A stretch of 64,000 bases of DNA. It comes from a virus. The stretch lies in IMG/VR virus record IMGVR_UViG_3300013102_000032, positions 1 to 64,000 of that record; one strand, given 5' to 3'. Under the pieces are notes generated by a model, which worked only from the letters and a program-made list of their open reading frames with translations, was not told the origin of the DNA and made no database searches. Below, one piece after another: positions 30,478 through 38,231 of the stretch. Within the stretch, counting starts at the first letter, position 1. Every line of letters begins with the position of its first letter. Both the position numbers and the translations under genes were made by a program.

Positions 30478-31989
30478 TTATCCGTGTAGGATTTGTCGAA
30501 TCTCAGCAAGCGATTGGTCACGCTTTAACTCACCATCTTCAAATACTGTTTCAAGAAGATTAACAAACGATTTCTCCAATTTTGCTTCTGATTCTTTAGT
30601 AAGACCATCTTGGAAGACAATATTAGCACCTGTAGTCTTGGTGACAAATACTCGCCCACGCTGACTACGCTTAGTGCCATCATCAGTCTTAGGGTCTTTA
30701 AACAGTAATTTCTCTTCGCCATTTACCTGTGTCCATGTAGCTTTGATCGCCTGTCCCCAAGTATCTCTAGTTACGTATTGGTAAGTATAACTTCCGATAC
30801 CTAGTACAATATTGGTTGATGCAAATCCTTTAGCTTCTAATCTACTCATAATTGTTTCAGCACGCTCTAGAGTAATAGAATCTCCATAGATTGCACCAAT
30901 ATGAGGGTCTAGTAATTTATATCCTTTATCAGTGATTATACCACCAAAGATATCCCACAATGCTTCAATCAAACCTTTTCTTTCTAATTCAGTTTCAGCA
31001 TTTGGACTACCGCAAATGATATCCTCTGGTGTTCCACTATCTGGTCGAATAACAATTCGTCCATCACGATTCATAATTTCATTTTTAAGTCGTGGAAGGG
31101 TTTCTCCGATTACTTTCCAGAAGTCATAAGTATCGGATACGATAGATAAGAATCCGCTTGGCACTCTATTTAAAAGATGTTTATAAGCATCATACTCATC
31201 TCGCTCGCCATCCGCAAGAGTTAATGAAGACATGATAGAATGCTCTGTAGCAACAATACTAACGCCTACAATTTCTTTCTCAACATCTGCATTGTAATAG
31301 TTTTCAAGATAAGAAATAGAAGGAATGCTATCAGTACCATAAGATGATAATAAGTGACCTGCTCCACTAGACATTGCAGACTCTAAAGAAGACATTCCAC
31401 GCATACTGAAATCATGTGCTTGAAACTCTACTCCATCTGTATTACCAACTGTTTTCATAGCATACTCATTTAATATTTTACGATATTGATATGCAGTAGT
31501 GGCAGATGTAATCGGCAACCAAACCTCGGTAGAAATTAAAGTCTCTAAATAGTTTGTAAGCCAGAAAAAGTTATTATGAGTATTTTCGATTGTTAATACA
31601 GGCACTTTGACTGGTGAAAGAGTTCCCTCTTTTAAAGCTTTGAGTCGGATAGGTAAATATCCTAAATCATGCAATTCAGCAATATGAGAAGCATCTGGAT
31701 TCTCTACTCCTAAAGCATACTTGATAATTCGTACATACTCAGCGATCACATCCGCTTTTGGTCTACTAAAGAAGTATTCGTTGAAGTAGTTGATTAAATA
31801 TTTCTTAACGAATCCTTGAATACCAAATACCACAACTTTATTTGCAATTGGGAAGTATTTATTACTTCGTGGTGTTAGTGTACTATAAATTCGTTCTGTT
31901 CCATTGGGGTATAAATCCTTATGTCCGACCTTATAGAAATCGCAGAGTAATGTTGGTGGTACTAAGAATTTTTCTGTTGTTTTTTTCAT
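30478..31989 (-). CDS. Nicotinamide phosphoribosyltransferase-family enzyme (NadV/NAMPT; Namat-like in NARP1)
   Basis: DFYKVGH, HDFSMRG, ATEHS, VSDTYD, IRPDSG, IYGDSIT and KDPKTD motifs. Confidence 0.92.
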   Translation of the reverse strand: MKKTTEKFLVPPTLLCDFYKVGHKDLYPNGTERIYSTLTPRSNKYFPIANKVVVFGIQGFVKKYLINYFNEYFFSRPKADVIAEYVRIIKYALGVENPDASHIAELHDLGYLPIRLKALKEGTLSPVKVPVLTIENTHNNFFWLTNYLETLISTEVWLPITSATTAYQYRKILNEYAMKTVGNTDGVEFQAHDFSMRGMSSLESAMSSGAGHLLSSYGTDSIPSISYLENYYNADVEKEIVGVSIVATEHSIMSSLTLADGERDEYDAYKHLLNRVPSGFLSIVSDTYDFWKVIGETLPRLKNEIMNRDGRIVIRPDSGTPEDIICGSPNAETELERKGLIEALWDIFGGIITDKGYKLLDPHIGAIYGDSITLERAETIMSRLEAKGFASTNIVLGIGSYTYQYVTRDTWGQAIKATWTQVNGEEKLLFKDPKTDDGTKRSQRGRVFVTKTTGANIVFQDGLTKESEAKLEKSFVNLLETVFEDGELKRDQSLAEIRQILHG

Positions 31990-32035
31990 ATTTGTAATCT
32001 CCCTTTTGTTTGTTTTTAGTTTTTATAATTTTATA

Positions 32036-32878
32036 TTATCCGTTTAATACTTCTTCGATATTATAGATTTGTAATTGCTCTTTAAATTTAGCATTCTCCC
32101 AATTTCCTTGCTCTGTTAAAATCGTGTCTGTTGTGAATACTTTATCAACATGGTCAAATAGCTCACCTTTGAAGATACTGTTTTCAGCATGTGCCACTAG
32201 TAAATAGATTTTCTCAAAACCTTCCGCACGTAAGCGTTTAGCACTATGTACAAAAGTTCCTCCATAAGACGATAAATCATCAACAATTATAGCAGTTTTT
32301 CCTTGCTTGTCTTTGTTTCCAATTAAATCTAATCCTTGGATTTCACCTGTTTTAAAATCTCTTACCTTATGACCAATTAAAACATTGTCTGTCTTCATAT
32401 TTTTATACCTCCGTGATGCACCTAAATCTGGAAACATGATATAATCTTTCTCTATATCAAATCCAACCTCTTCCATCACTTTAGGCAATAAGTCAAAGTT
32501 GATAAATTTAGATTCAACGTTATTTAGTAAAGCAGGAGTAACGTCAGAATGAGGTTCAATAACTACGACCTTACTAAAATTCATTTCGTTAATGAAATTA
32601 GACACATACTTTAACGTAAACGGAGATCCCTCTTCACTTCTATCCATTCGACTATAAGGCATGTAATAGATTGTCAGTTTAACTGCATCTATTCCAAAGA
32701 ATGAATCTAGATAATTTTTTACAAACCGTAGTTTAATCAAATCTGAATCGTCTTCGAATTTGAAATGTATCTTTGGAAACATTAGCGGAATACCTTTTTC
32801 AATACTGTCATGTACTAATTTTGTTTCTCCGTTTGGAAATTTCTCGAATACAACTTCTTTACCGTTTACTTTAATCAT
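32036..32878 (-). CDS. PRPP-synthetase-family enzyme (Adps-like in NARP1)
   Basis: FPNGE, YMPYSRMDR, PDLGA, IVDDLSSYGGTF. Confidence 0.9.
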   Translation of the reverse strand: MIKVNGKEVVFEKFPNGETKLVHDSIEKGIPLMFPKIHFKFEDDSDLIKLRFVKNYLDSFFGIDAVKLTIYYMPYSRMDRSEEGSPFTLKYVSNFINEMNFSKVVVIEPHSDVTPALLNNVESKFINFDLLPKVMEEVGFDIEKDYIMFPDLGASRRYKNMKTDNVLIGHKVRDFKTGEIQGLDLIGNKDKQGKTAIIVDDLSSYGGTFVHSAKRLRAEGFEKIYLLVAHAENSIFKGELFDHVDKVFTTDTILTEQGNWENAKFKEQLQIYNIEEVLNG

Positions 32879-33101
32879 TTGTCTTACCTCCGTCTTTTAA
32901 TTTATTCCCCACTGATATCAAAGCCCACGATAATAAAACTATAATAATACTACTAGTAATCATCGTTAGTATTAATGGTGTAAGCATTCCTGCAATTGCA
33001 AATATTAAAATTTCTAAAGCATATATAAAAGCTAAAGTTGGATAGAAGTGCTTTGAATTAATGACCTTATAAAGTTTTTTAATAAATTTCATTGTCACCA
33101 T
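32871..33101 (-). CDS. Small membrane protein
   Basis: Two TM helices; first gene of the PRS-NAMPT operon. Confidence 0.55.
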   Translation of the reverse strand: MVTMKFIKKLYKVINSKHFYPTLAFIYALEILIFAIAGMLTPLILTMITSSIIIVLLSWALISVGNKLKDGGKTND

Positions 33102-33119
33102 CTCCTTTTCTATATACTT

Positions 33120-33148
33120 AGTATATCATTATATTTTGTTTTTGTCAA
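33120..33148 (-). promoter_or_regulatory. Sigma-A promoter of the PRS/NAMPT operon
   Basis: TTGACA-17-TATACT with ATAATG. Confidence 0.75.
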
Positions 33149-33152
33149 CAGT

Positions 33153-33617
33153 TTATTTACTTCTTTTAAATAACTTTTTAAACCATGATTGAGATTCTTT
33201 TTCTATCATTTCTTCTACTTCTACTTCCATTCGTTCTTTATGCTCTCGATAAGCTCTCTCCGCAATCTCCTTGCTCTTCTCTGTTTTATCATCTATAATT
33301 CTTTCGATAATATGAGAAGTAGAGTATATGAATAGATTCTCAGTAGTCCTAATACGCTTTGTAATTGTAACATGCTCATCTATTTCATTAATATATATAC
33401 TATCTCCCACTTCCATTATAGGCAGTGTTAATATTCCTTCCCATAACTTTTCTTCTCCTACTATATTGTCATATTCATAGATGCGAGAATCTGCATTATA
33501 ATCATAACAACGATGGTAATTCATGTGTGACATAAAAAACATACCACTATATCTTCCATATTCGTACATCTTCCTTACTTTCATACCATTTATTATTGAA
33601 TTATATGTTTGATTCAT
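33153..33617 (-). CDS. Hypothetical protein
   Basis: ORF with RBS GGAGG. Confidence 0.6.
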   Translation of the reverse strand: MNQTYNSIINGMKVRKMYEYGRYSGMFFMSHMNYHRCYDYNADSRIYEYDNIVGEEKLWEGILTLPIMEVGDSIYINEIDEHVTITKRIRTTENLFIYSTSHIIERIIDDKTEKSKEIAERAYREHKERMEVEVEEMIEKESQSWFKKLFKRSK

Positions 33618-33632
33618 TTTGTTTCCTCCTGT

Positions 33633-33650
33633 ATAAAATTCCTATTTTAT
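33633..33650. repeat. Junction motif ATAAAA-TTCCTA-TTTTAT
   Basis: Immediately upstream of the RBS of 33153..33617. Confidence 0.75.
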
Positions 33651-33692
33651 CAAGTATTCTACATGCTTAAAATCACCTCAAAAGAGATGATT

Positions 33693-34046
33693 TTAATTTT
33701 CGTAAATTACCTGTTTTAGCTTAAACCATATCATACAATCGAAATCTGATAAATAATGAGATTTATCTAGGTCATCTACTATGTATTGTCCATCATTGTT
33801 TTCATATACAAAATATTCTTTTCCGCTTGTTATGTTTACTGGATTACTACAGTTTAGGACAGCTATTAAAATATGATTAGTTTTGTTTCTTTCATATTCT
33901 TCCATTTTCTTTGCCTGCCCAATTATCCAAGACAATAAATCATAATCCTCTGTAGAGAAGTATACTGGACTGTCGAGCGTATAGGCGAATTTAATATAAT
34001 CTAAAAATAATTCGGCATCTTTAATCTTATCGATATTATTCTTCAT
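33693..34046 (-). CDS. Hypothetical protein
   Basis: ORF with its own promoter, RBS and a downstream hairpin (33667-33695). Confidence 0.6.
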   Translation of the reverse strand: MKNNIDKIKDAELFLDYIKFAYTLDSPVYFSTEDYDLLSWIIGQAKKMEEYERNKTNHILIAVLNCSNPVNITSGKEYFVYENNDGQYIVDDLDKSHYLSDFDCMIWFKLKQVIYEN

Positions 34047-34066
34047 AATCTCAACTCCTTATATAC

Positions 34067-34095
34067 ACTATATCATTATTATACTTTCTTGTCAA
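34067..34095 (-). promoter_or_regulatory. Sigma-A promoter
   Basis: TTGACA-17-TATAGT with ATAATG. Confidence 0.7.
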
Positions 34096-34110
34096 CAACC
34101 AAATCATCTC

Positions 34111-34410
34111 CTATTTTATCGGCTTTGTAAAAATAAAATATCCTTTAGTTGAATTATTGCTTGACAAATTTGGATCTGATTCTACGTCTAAGATCTCTAA
34201 GTCGGTATTTTCATTTAAAAACGTCTTATAACTTTTAGGAAAGTCCATATTAGAATCTCCTCGTTCTATATAATAAAGATTACCATCTATCAAGGTAGTG
34301 TATGCGGATATAGAATTTTCACCAACGTTGTCTACATTAGTATACGGTTCGCCTTGACATCCAATTAACATAAATGCAGAAATCATTGTAATTGCTATAA
34401 GTTTTTTCAT
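34111..34410 (-). CDS. Lipoprotein
   Basis: Signal peptide with lipobox MLIG-C. Confidence 0.7.
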   Translation of the reverse strand: MKKLIAITMISAFMLIGCQGEPYTNVDNVGENSISAYTTLIDGNLYYIERGDSNMDFPKSYKTFLNENTDLEILDVESDPNLSSNNSTKGYFIFTKPIK

Positions 34411-34421
34411 CTAGTCATCTC

Positions 34422-34901
34422 CTATTTTAAAAATAGTCTCTTTATTAAATTTAAGTCTTTATTTAATTCGCTTCTAATTCTAGTCAGTCTTCCGCAAAAT
34501 TCACTATTAGTTAATACAGTTTTACTAGGGTCTTTCTTGCCCATTGAATGCGTTAGAGTTGCTTTGCCTGTGGCTAATAGAGCTTTGCAAAACTTATCGT
34601 TCTTAGCCAGTCGATCAAACGCTTTATCTAAGAGTTCTTGATAACGATCACTGTGACGGTCAATTTCTTCGCCCTTCCAGTATAATGTCTGAGTACGATA
34701 CCAATTCTTTTTCTTGCCTTTAAACTTGGCTTGCTTGCCAACCAACGTGCAAACGTGTATTTGCATTTCTGGATTAGAATATTTTAATGATTGCAAAAAA
34801 CCTTCCATTGAAGCACATTGAACTCCATCAATCTCAAAATTATGAGGTGAAAAGTTGCTAAGTGCTGATTCTGGATATCCATTACCGCTACCTATGTCCA
34901 T
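34422..34901 (-). CDS. NADAR-family ADP-ribose hydrolase, T4 gp30.3-like
   Basis: LSNF.PH.F..DG...ASMEGFLQSLK, QTLYWKG, ALLAT, LTHSMG; RBS-supported start MDIGSG. Confidence 0.8.
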   Translation of the reverse strand: MDIGSGNGYPESALSNFSPHNFEIDGVQCASMEGFLQSLKYSNPEMQIHVCTLVGKQAKFKGKKKNWYRTQTLYWKGEEIDRHSDRYQELLDKAFDRLAKNDKFCKALLATGKATLTHSMGKKDPSKTVLTNSEFCGRLTRIRSELNKDLNLIKRLFLK

Positions 34902-34921
34902 ATTTATCTCTCCTTTATAGT

Positions 34922-35230
34922 TCATCCTTTTAATGATTTTAAGAAATCTATGTCATCCTCTATCTTTTTTAACTCTGATTTTTTCAAAGTCAATTCTTCG
35001 TCTAATTTTTTTAATCTATCAAATTCAAGAGTCCATCTCCAAACGTCATTTTTTATATAACGCCTAATCATAACTCCTTTAAGCCATACTTGTAGGTATA
35101 AAACTTTATAAGGTAAATCGATATTAATATTAAAAGCAAACACTTTATCTTGCCCTGCATATAATGTATCTTGCTCTTTTTTGTCTATTTTTGTTCCGAT
35201 TACAACATATGTTTCTTCCATTATTATCAC
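34922..35230 (-). CDS. Hypothetical protein
   Basis: ORF coupled to neighbours. Confidence 0.55.
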   Translation of the reverse strand: MIIMEETYVVIGTKIDKKEQDTLYAGQDKVFAFNINIDLPYKVLYLQVWLKGVMIRRYIKNDVWRWTLEFDRLKKLDEELTLKKSELKKIEDDIDFLKSLKG

Positions 35231-35329
35231 TCACCTTTTATTTTTGTTAAAGATTCTACCTTGCATAAATCCCAATACGTATACAAACACTGAATATAAG
35301 ACGAATACAATCACTGGAAGTGCAACCAT
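35231..35329 (-). CDS. 32-aa hydrophobic membrane peptide (not in ORF track)
   Basis: MVALPVIVFVLYSVFVYVLGFMQGRIFNKNKR; RBS GAGAGGA. Confidence 0.5.
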   Translation of the reverse strand: MVALPVIVFVLYSVFVYVLGFMQGRIFNKNKR

Positions 35330-35365
35330 AAGTTCTTCCTCTCTATGTAATTAGTTTTTATAAAT

Positions 35366-35584
35366 CTATAATCTAGTTAAATCGAAAGGAGTAGCTTCTC
35401 TTTGTGCTATGATAGCAAATAACTCCTGTTCATGACTGTCATTAAGACATTGGTATGTTGCAATACTTTTAACCATCTTCATTCCAAAAACATTTATAAA
35501 TTCTCTTTTGCTATTCCAATAAATGCCTTTATCACCGCATCTAGGACATTTGTTTTCGTTCACACGCCAAACGGTTAAATCCAT
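35366..35584 (-). CDS. Small putative zinc-binding protein
   Basis: CPRC...C...H; RBS GGAGA. Confidence 0.6.
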   Translation of the reverse strand: MDLTVWRVNENKCPRCGDKGIYWNSKREFINVFGMKMVKSIATYQCLNDSHEQELFAIIAQREATPFDLTRL

Positions 35585-35601
35585 TACATCATCTCCAATT
35601 C

Positions 35602-35619
35602 ATAAAATTCAGTTTTTAT
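35602..35619. repeat. Junction motif ATAAAA-TTCAGT-TTTTAT
   Basis: Contains the stop of 35616..35846 and precedes the next RBS. Confidence 0.8.
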
Positions 35620-35846
35620 CTAATTGTCATTCTTTCAATGTGAAAAGGATAAGTACCTTCTGAGTATTCTGCACAAGTTTCACAATCGAAACAATTAACT
35701 TTAAAGCCTAAAGGTTTTAGCTTTTCGTTAATGTAGCTTTTTTCTTCTTCGGTTATGATTCGTTTAATACTTCCTTCAACAGTACAATTACTCTTTTCAC
35801 TCATAGCTTCATCTAGAAAGCCTTGCAAAGCACTATCTAATTTCAT
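35616..35846 (-). CDS. Hypothetical cassette protein
   Basis: 76 aa ORF bounded by motifs at 35602 and 35862. Confidence 0.6.
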   Translation of the reverse strand: MKLDSALQGFLDEAMSEKSNCTVEGSIKRIITEEEKSYINEKLKPLGFKVNCFDCETCAEYSEGTYPFHIERMTIR

Positions 35847-35861
35847 ATGTCCACCCCATTC

Positions 35862-35879
35862 ATAAAATTGAGTTTTTAT
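35862..35879. repeat. Junction motif ATAAAA-TTGAGT-TTTTAT
   Basis: Contains the stop of 35876..36022. Confidence 0.8.
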
Positions 35880-36022
35880 ACATTTGTGTCTTTTATTCTA
35901 ATTTTCAATATATCCAATGTATCTATAACTCCTTGTGCGAATCCTTCTCCCCATGCACCATCATAAGGGTCAACATCAATTAATTCTAGCAACTGTTTTC
36001 GTTGTTCTTCTGTAATCTGCAT
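35876..36022 (-). CDS. Hypothetical cassette protein (48 aa, not in ORF track)
   Basis: MQITEEQRKQLLELIDVDPYDGAWGEGFAQGVIDTLDILKIRIKDTNV; RBS AGGGTG. Confidence 0.65.
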   Translation of the reverse strand: MQITEEQRKQLLELIDVDPYDGAWGEGFAQGVIDTLDILKIRIKDTNV

Positions 36023-36036
36023 ATTATCACCCTTTC

Positions 36037-36054
36037 ATAAAAGTAAACTTTTAT
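36037..36054. repeat. Junction motif ATAAAA-GTAAAC-TTTTAT
   Basis: Contains the stop of 36051..36200. Confidence 0.8.
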
Positions 36055-36200
36055 CTATCATAATCCTTTACGATTACTTCTGCTTCATCAAGCCATTCAC
36101 TTATATCGCCATATGAATCGTGAGGAATATCGCCATGCGACCTTAAATCATCGACTTCATTTCTAATATTGTTGATTAATTTTAATAATTCACCTATCAT
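36051..36200 (-). CDS. Hypothetical cassette protein (49 aa, not in ORF track)
   Basis: MIGELLKLINNIRNEVDDLRSHGDIPHDSYGDISEWLDEAEVIVKDYDR; RBS GGAGGGTG. Confidence 0.65.
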   Translation of the reverse strand: MIGELLKLINNIRNEVDDLRSHGDIPHDSYGDISEWLDEAEVIVKDYDR

Positions 36201-36213
36201 ATTGTCACCCTCC

Positions 36214-36231
36214 ATAAAAGTAAATTTTTAT
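36214..36231. repeat. Junction motif ATAAAA-GTAAAT-TTTTAT
   Basis: Abuts the stop of 36232..36462 and the next RBS. Confidence 0.8.
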
Positions 36232-36462
36232 CTATTGTTTCCATCTGTCTAATTCGTCTTGATAGTTAGAAATTACAGTATCGAAGCCATTCGACAATTT
36301 ACCTATCACATCTTTACGATGAATATCTTCTGTCCAAATACACTTAGGAAACCAATACTTCCTAGGTTTGTACAACTTATATTTGTACATTGGCGTTATA
36401 GAATCTCCCCAAAATGACACCTTGATTATAAACCCTTTATATTCTTCTTTCATTGTCATCAC
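36232..36462 (-). CDS. Hypothetical cassette protein
   Basis: ORF bounded by motifs at 36214 and 36469. Confidence 0.6.
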   Translation of the reverse strand: MMTMKEEYKGFIIKVSFWGDSITPMYKYKLYKPRKYWFPKCIWTEDIHRKDVIGKLSNGFDTVISNYQDELDRWKQ

Positions 36463-36468
36463 TCCTGT

Positions 36469-36486
36469 TTAAAATTAAGATTTTAT
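36469..36486. repeat. Junction motif TTAAAA-TTAAGA-TTTTAT
   Basis: Overlaps the stop of the HD hydrolase gene. Confidence 0.75.
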
Positions 36487-37154
36487 CAATGTGCAGGTAC
36501 GAATTTATTACGGTTTAACTCTTCTATTTCCGCTTTCAATCTAGCTACTTCTTCATAATGCTCTTTGATTTCCCATAAGTGAGGTTCAATTGTAGTCTTT
36601 GCTGAATTGAAATATCCTGCATATCGTGGATATCTAATTCTTCCTTCTTTGAATAATGGGATGAAATGCTTTTCAGTTTCCATAGCTTGTCTAAGCTTTT
36701 TCTCTGGCGTAGCATCTCGTAGCGTTCCGAAATTGTGCTTTCTGTCAGAAGTCTTCAATAATAAAGCTCTTACATCTAATAAAATAGGCTGTAGATAAGC
36801 TACCATATTCTCATCTATCTTATAGTCAATTCCTTCTTTTTTAGTAACCAAGTCCACCATAACTGCAACATTGCTATTAAATTTATCTTCAATCATTCGA
36901 TTAGTTACTCCGTAGATATCTTCTGGTGCATCGTGCAATAACATTCCAGTAAGAATATCTTGGTTTCTTATTCCATGATTGAATAAATCTTGCGTGGTGG
37001 CTACGAGATGATAGTAATAGTGAGTGCCGTTATGCCTTGAGAATCCTTTTTCCGTACACATCTCTTCTATCATCCAATCCAAAGCTCTTAGTGAATCATC
37101 ATACCCTAAATTAGATAATGACCTTTCTAAATGTCTAACTAAACTTTCACTCAT
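36486..37154 (-). CDS. Small alarmone hydrolase (RelA/SpoT HD domain, Mesh1-like)
   Basis: R..G..Y..H, LLHDAPED, V..VTK, K.SDRKHN..TL, AMET...FIPL. Confidence 0.85.
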   Translation of the reverse strand: MSESLVRHLERSLSNLGYDDSLRALDWMIEEMCTEKGFSRHNGTHYYYHLVATTQDLFNHGIRNQDILTGMLLHDAPEDIYGVTNRMIEDKFNSNVAVMVDLVTKKEGIDYKIDENMVAYLQPILLDVRALLLKTSDRKHNFGTLRDATPEKKLRQAMETEKHFIPLFKEGRIRYPRYAGYFNSAKTTIEPHLWEIKEHYEEVARLKAEIEELNRNKFVPAH

Positions 37155-37184
37155 ATTCTCGTCCTCCCCATTTGCTTATATCTT

Positions 37185-37213
37185 ATTATATCATTATTAA
37201 AAGCTTTTGTCAA
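37185..37213 (-). promoter_or_regulatory. Sigma-A promoter driving the HD hydrolase and the cassette array
   Basis: TTGACA-17-TATAAT with ATAATG. Confidence 0.78.
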
Positions 37214-37219
37214 CAGTTT

Positions 37220-37777
37220 TTAAATCTTTTCTAACATTTTAACATCTAATGTCTTTGGATGTAGATGGGTTATATTTCTCTGTCTTTTGACCGCATATTT
37301 TACAGTTCCCCAAGTGCCTCCATCTTTACCTTCATCCCATACTGCTATAACAAGCTTAGCATTGTCAACCATCCATTTGTCTCTCACATGCATACACCAA
37401 GGGGTATAAGGCTCGTCTGAAACATAATATACTAAGTCTGCTTGTTTTATTACTTTATGATAAACCTCTATATCGTTTTTATTCCATCTAGAATATTGCT
37501 CTGCACATGGAATGGCACAGACTAGCTTTATGTGAGGGTATTTTTCTTTTAACTTAAGTACAATCTGTGCAGACCAAATATCAACACCAATAGCCATGCC
37601 AGTTATAAACGTATCAATTCCTCTTCTTTCGATCTTATCAATGATTGTCTCTTTTAACTTCATAAGCATCTTAACATTTTCTGGATGGCGATAATCATAA
37701 CTAGGAAATTTATCTGGTCTATGTCCAGTGAAGCACAGAGTTTTATCGAAATTCATATCATAAACTGTATGTAGCAT
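37220..37777 (-). CDS. SLOG-superfamily YspA/DUF1273 protein
   Basis: CFTGHRP, FITGMAIGVDIW, RDKWMVDN, GGTWGTV.YA. Confidence 0.88.
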   Translation of the reverse strand: MLHTVYDMNFDKTLCFTGHRPDKFPSYDYRHPENVKMLMKLKETIIDKIERRGIDTFITGMAIGVDIWSAQIVLKLKEKYPHIKLVCAIPCAEQYSRWNKNDIEVYHKVIKQADLVYYVSDEPYTPWCMHVRDKWMVDNAKLVIAVWDEGKDGGTWGTVKYAVKRQRNITHLHPKTLDVKMLEKI

Positions 37778-37793
37778 ATTATTCCTCCTATAG

Positions 37794-37826
37794 AAAATGG
37801 TAGTTCAATTATGAACTACCATTTTT
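37794..37826. terminator. Hairpin terminator
   Basis: aaaatggtagttca-at-tatgaactaccatttt inverted repeat. Confidence 0.65.
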
Positions 37827-37831
37827 GTTGT

Positions 37832-38218
37832 TTATAATTTTTCCTTTACAATGACATTATCTTTAATGCTATATACTTGCATTCTGTCTCCGCCTAGATT
37901 GAATAATCCATTGTTATCACTCTGTAGCAAGGTTGGCTTTATTACTTTTGCAACTAGATCTTCTCCATCTTTCATTGATAGTATAGATTTATCTATCAGA
38001 ATGTGAGTGGCGTAAAGAGCCTTTGCACCCTTTCCAATTGGATTAGAAGTAACTGTACTACCGTCTTTAAACGAAGTATAACCAATGGTATCTTGATTAA
38101 TCTCTCTTCCTTCATCTAATAAATCATTGACTACTCTATTAAACATAACTTGTCTAGAGACTGTATTTTGTAAGCTTCCATTATCTAAATAAAATATAGA
38201 CACTCTTTTTACGCTCAT
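37832..38218 (-). CDS. Hypothetical protein (probable start MSVKRV)
   Basis: RBS AAGGAGAG upstream. Confidence 0.55.
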   Translation of the reverse strand: MSVKRVSIFYLDNGSLQNTVSRQVMFNRVVNDLLDEGREINQDTIGYTSFKDGSTVTSNPIGKGAKALYATHILIDKSILSMKDGEDLVAKVIKPTLLQSDNNGLFNLGGDRMQVYSIKDNVIVKEKL

Positions 38219-38231
38219 TCTTATCTCTCCT

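Noticed and set aside
35344-35361. Possible extra junction motif (tatgta-attagt-ttttat)
   Set aside because: Left arm too degenerate for an AT-rich context; not counted among the 13 copies
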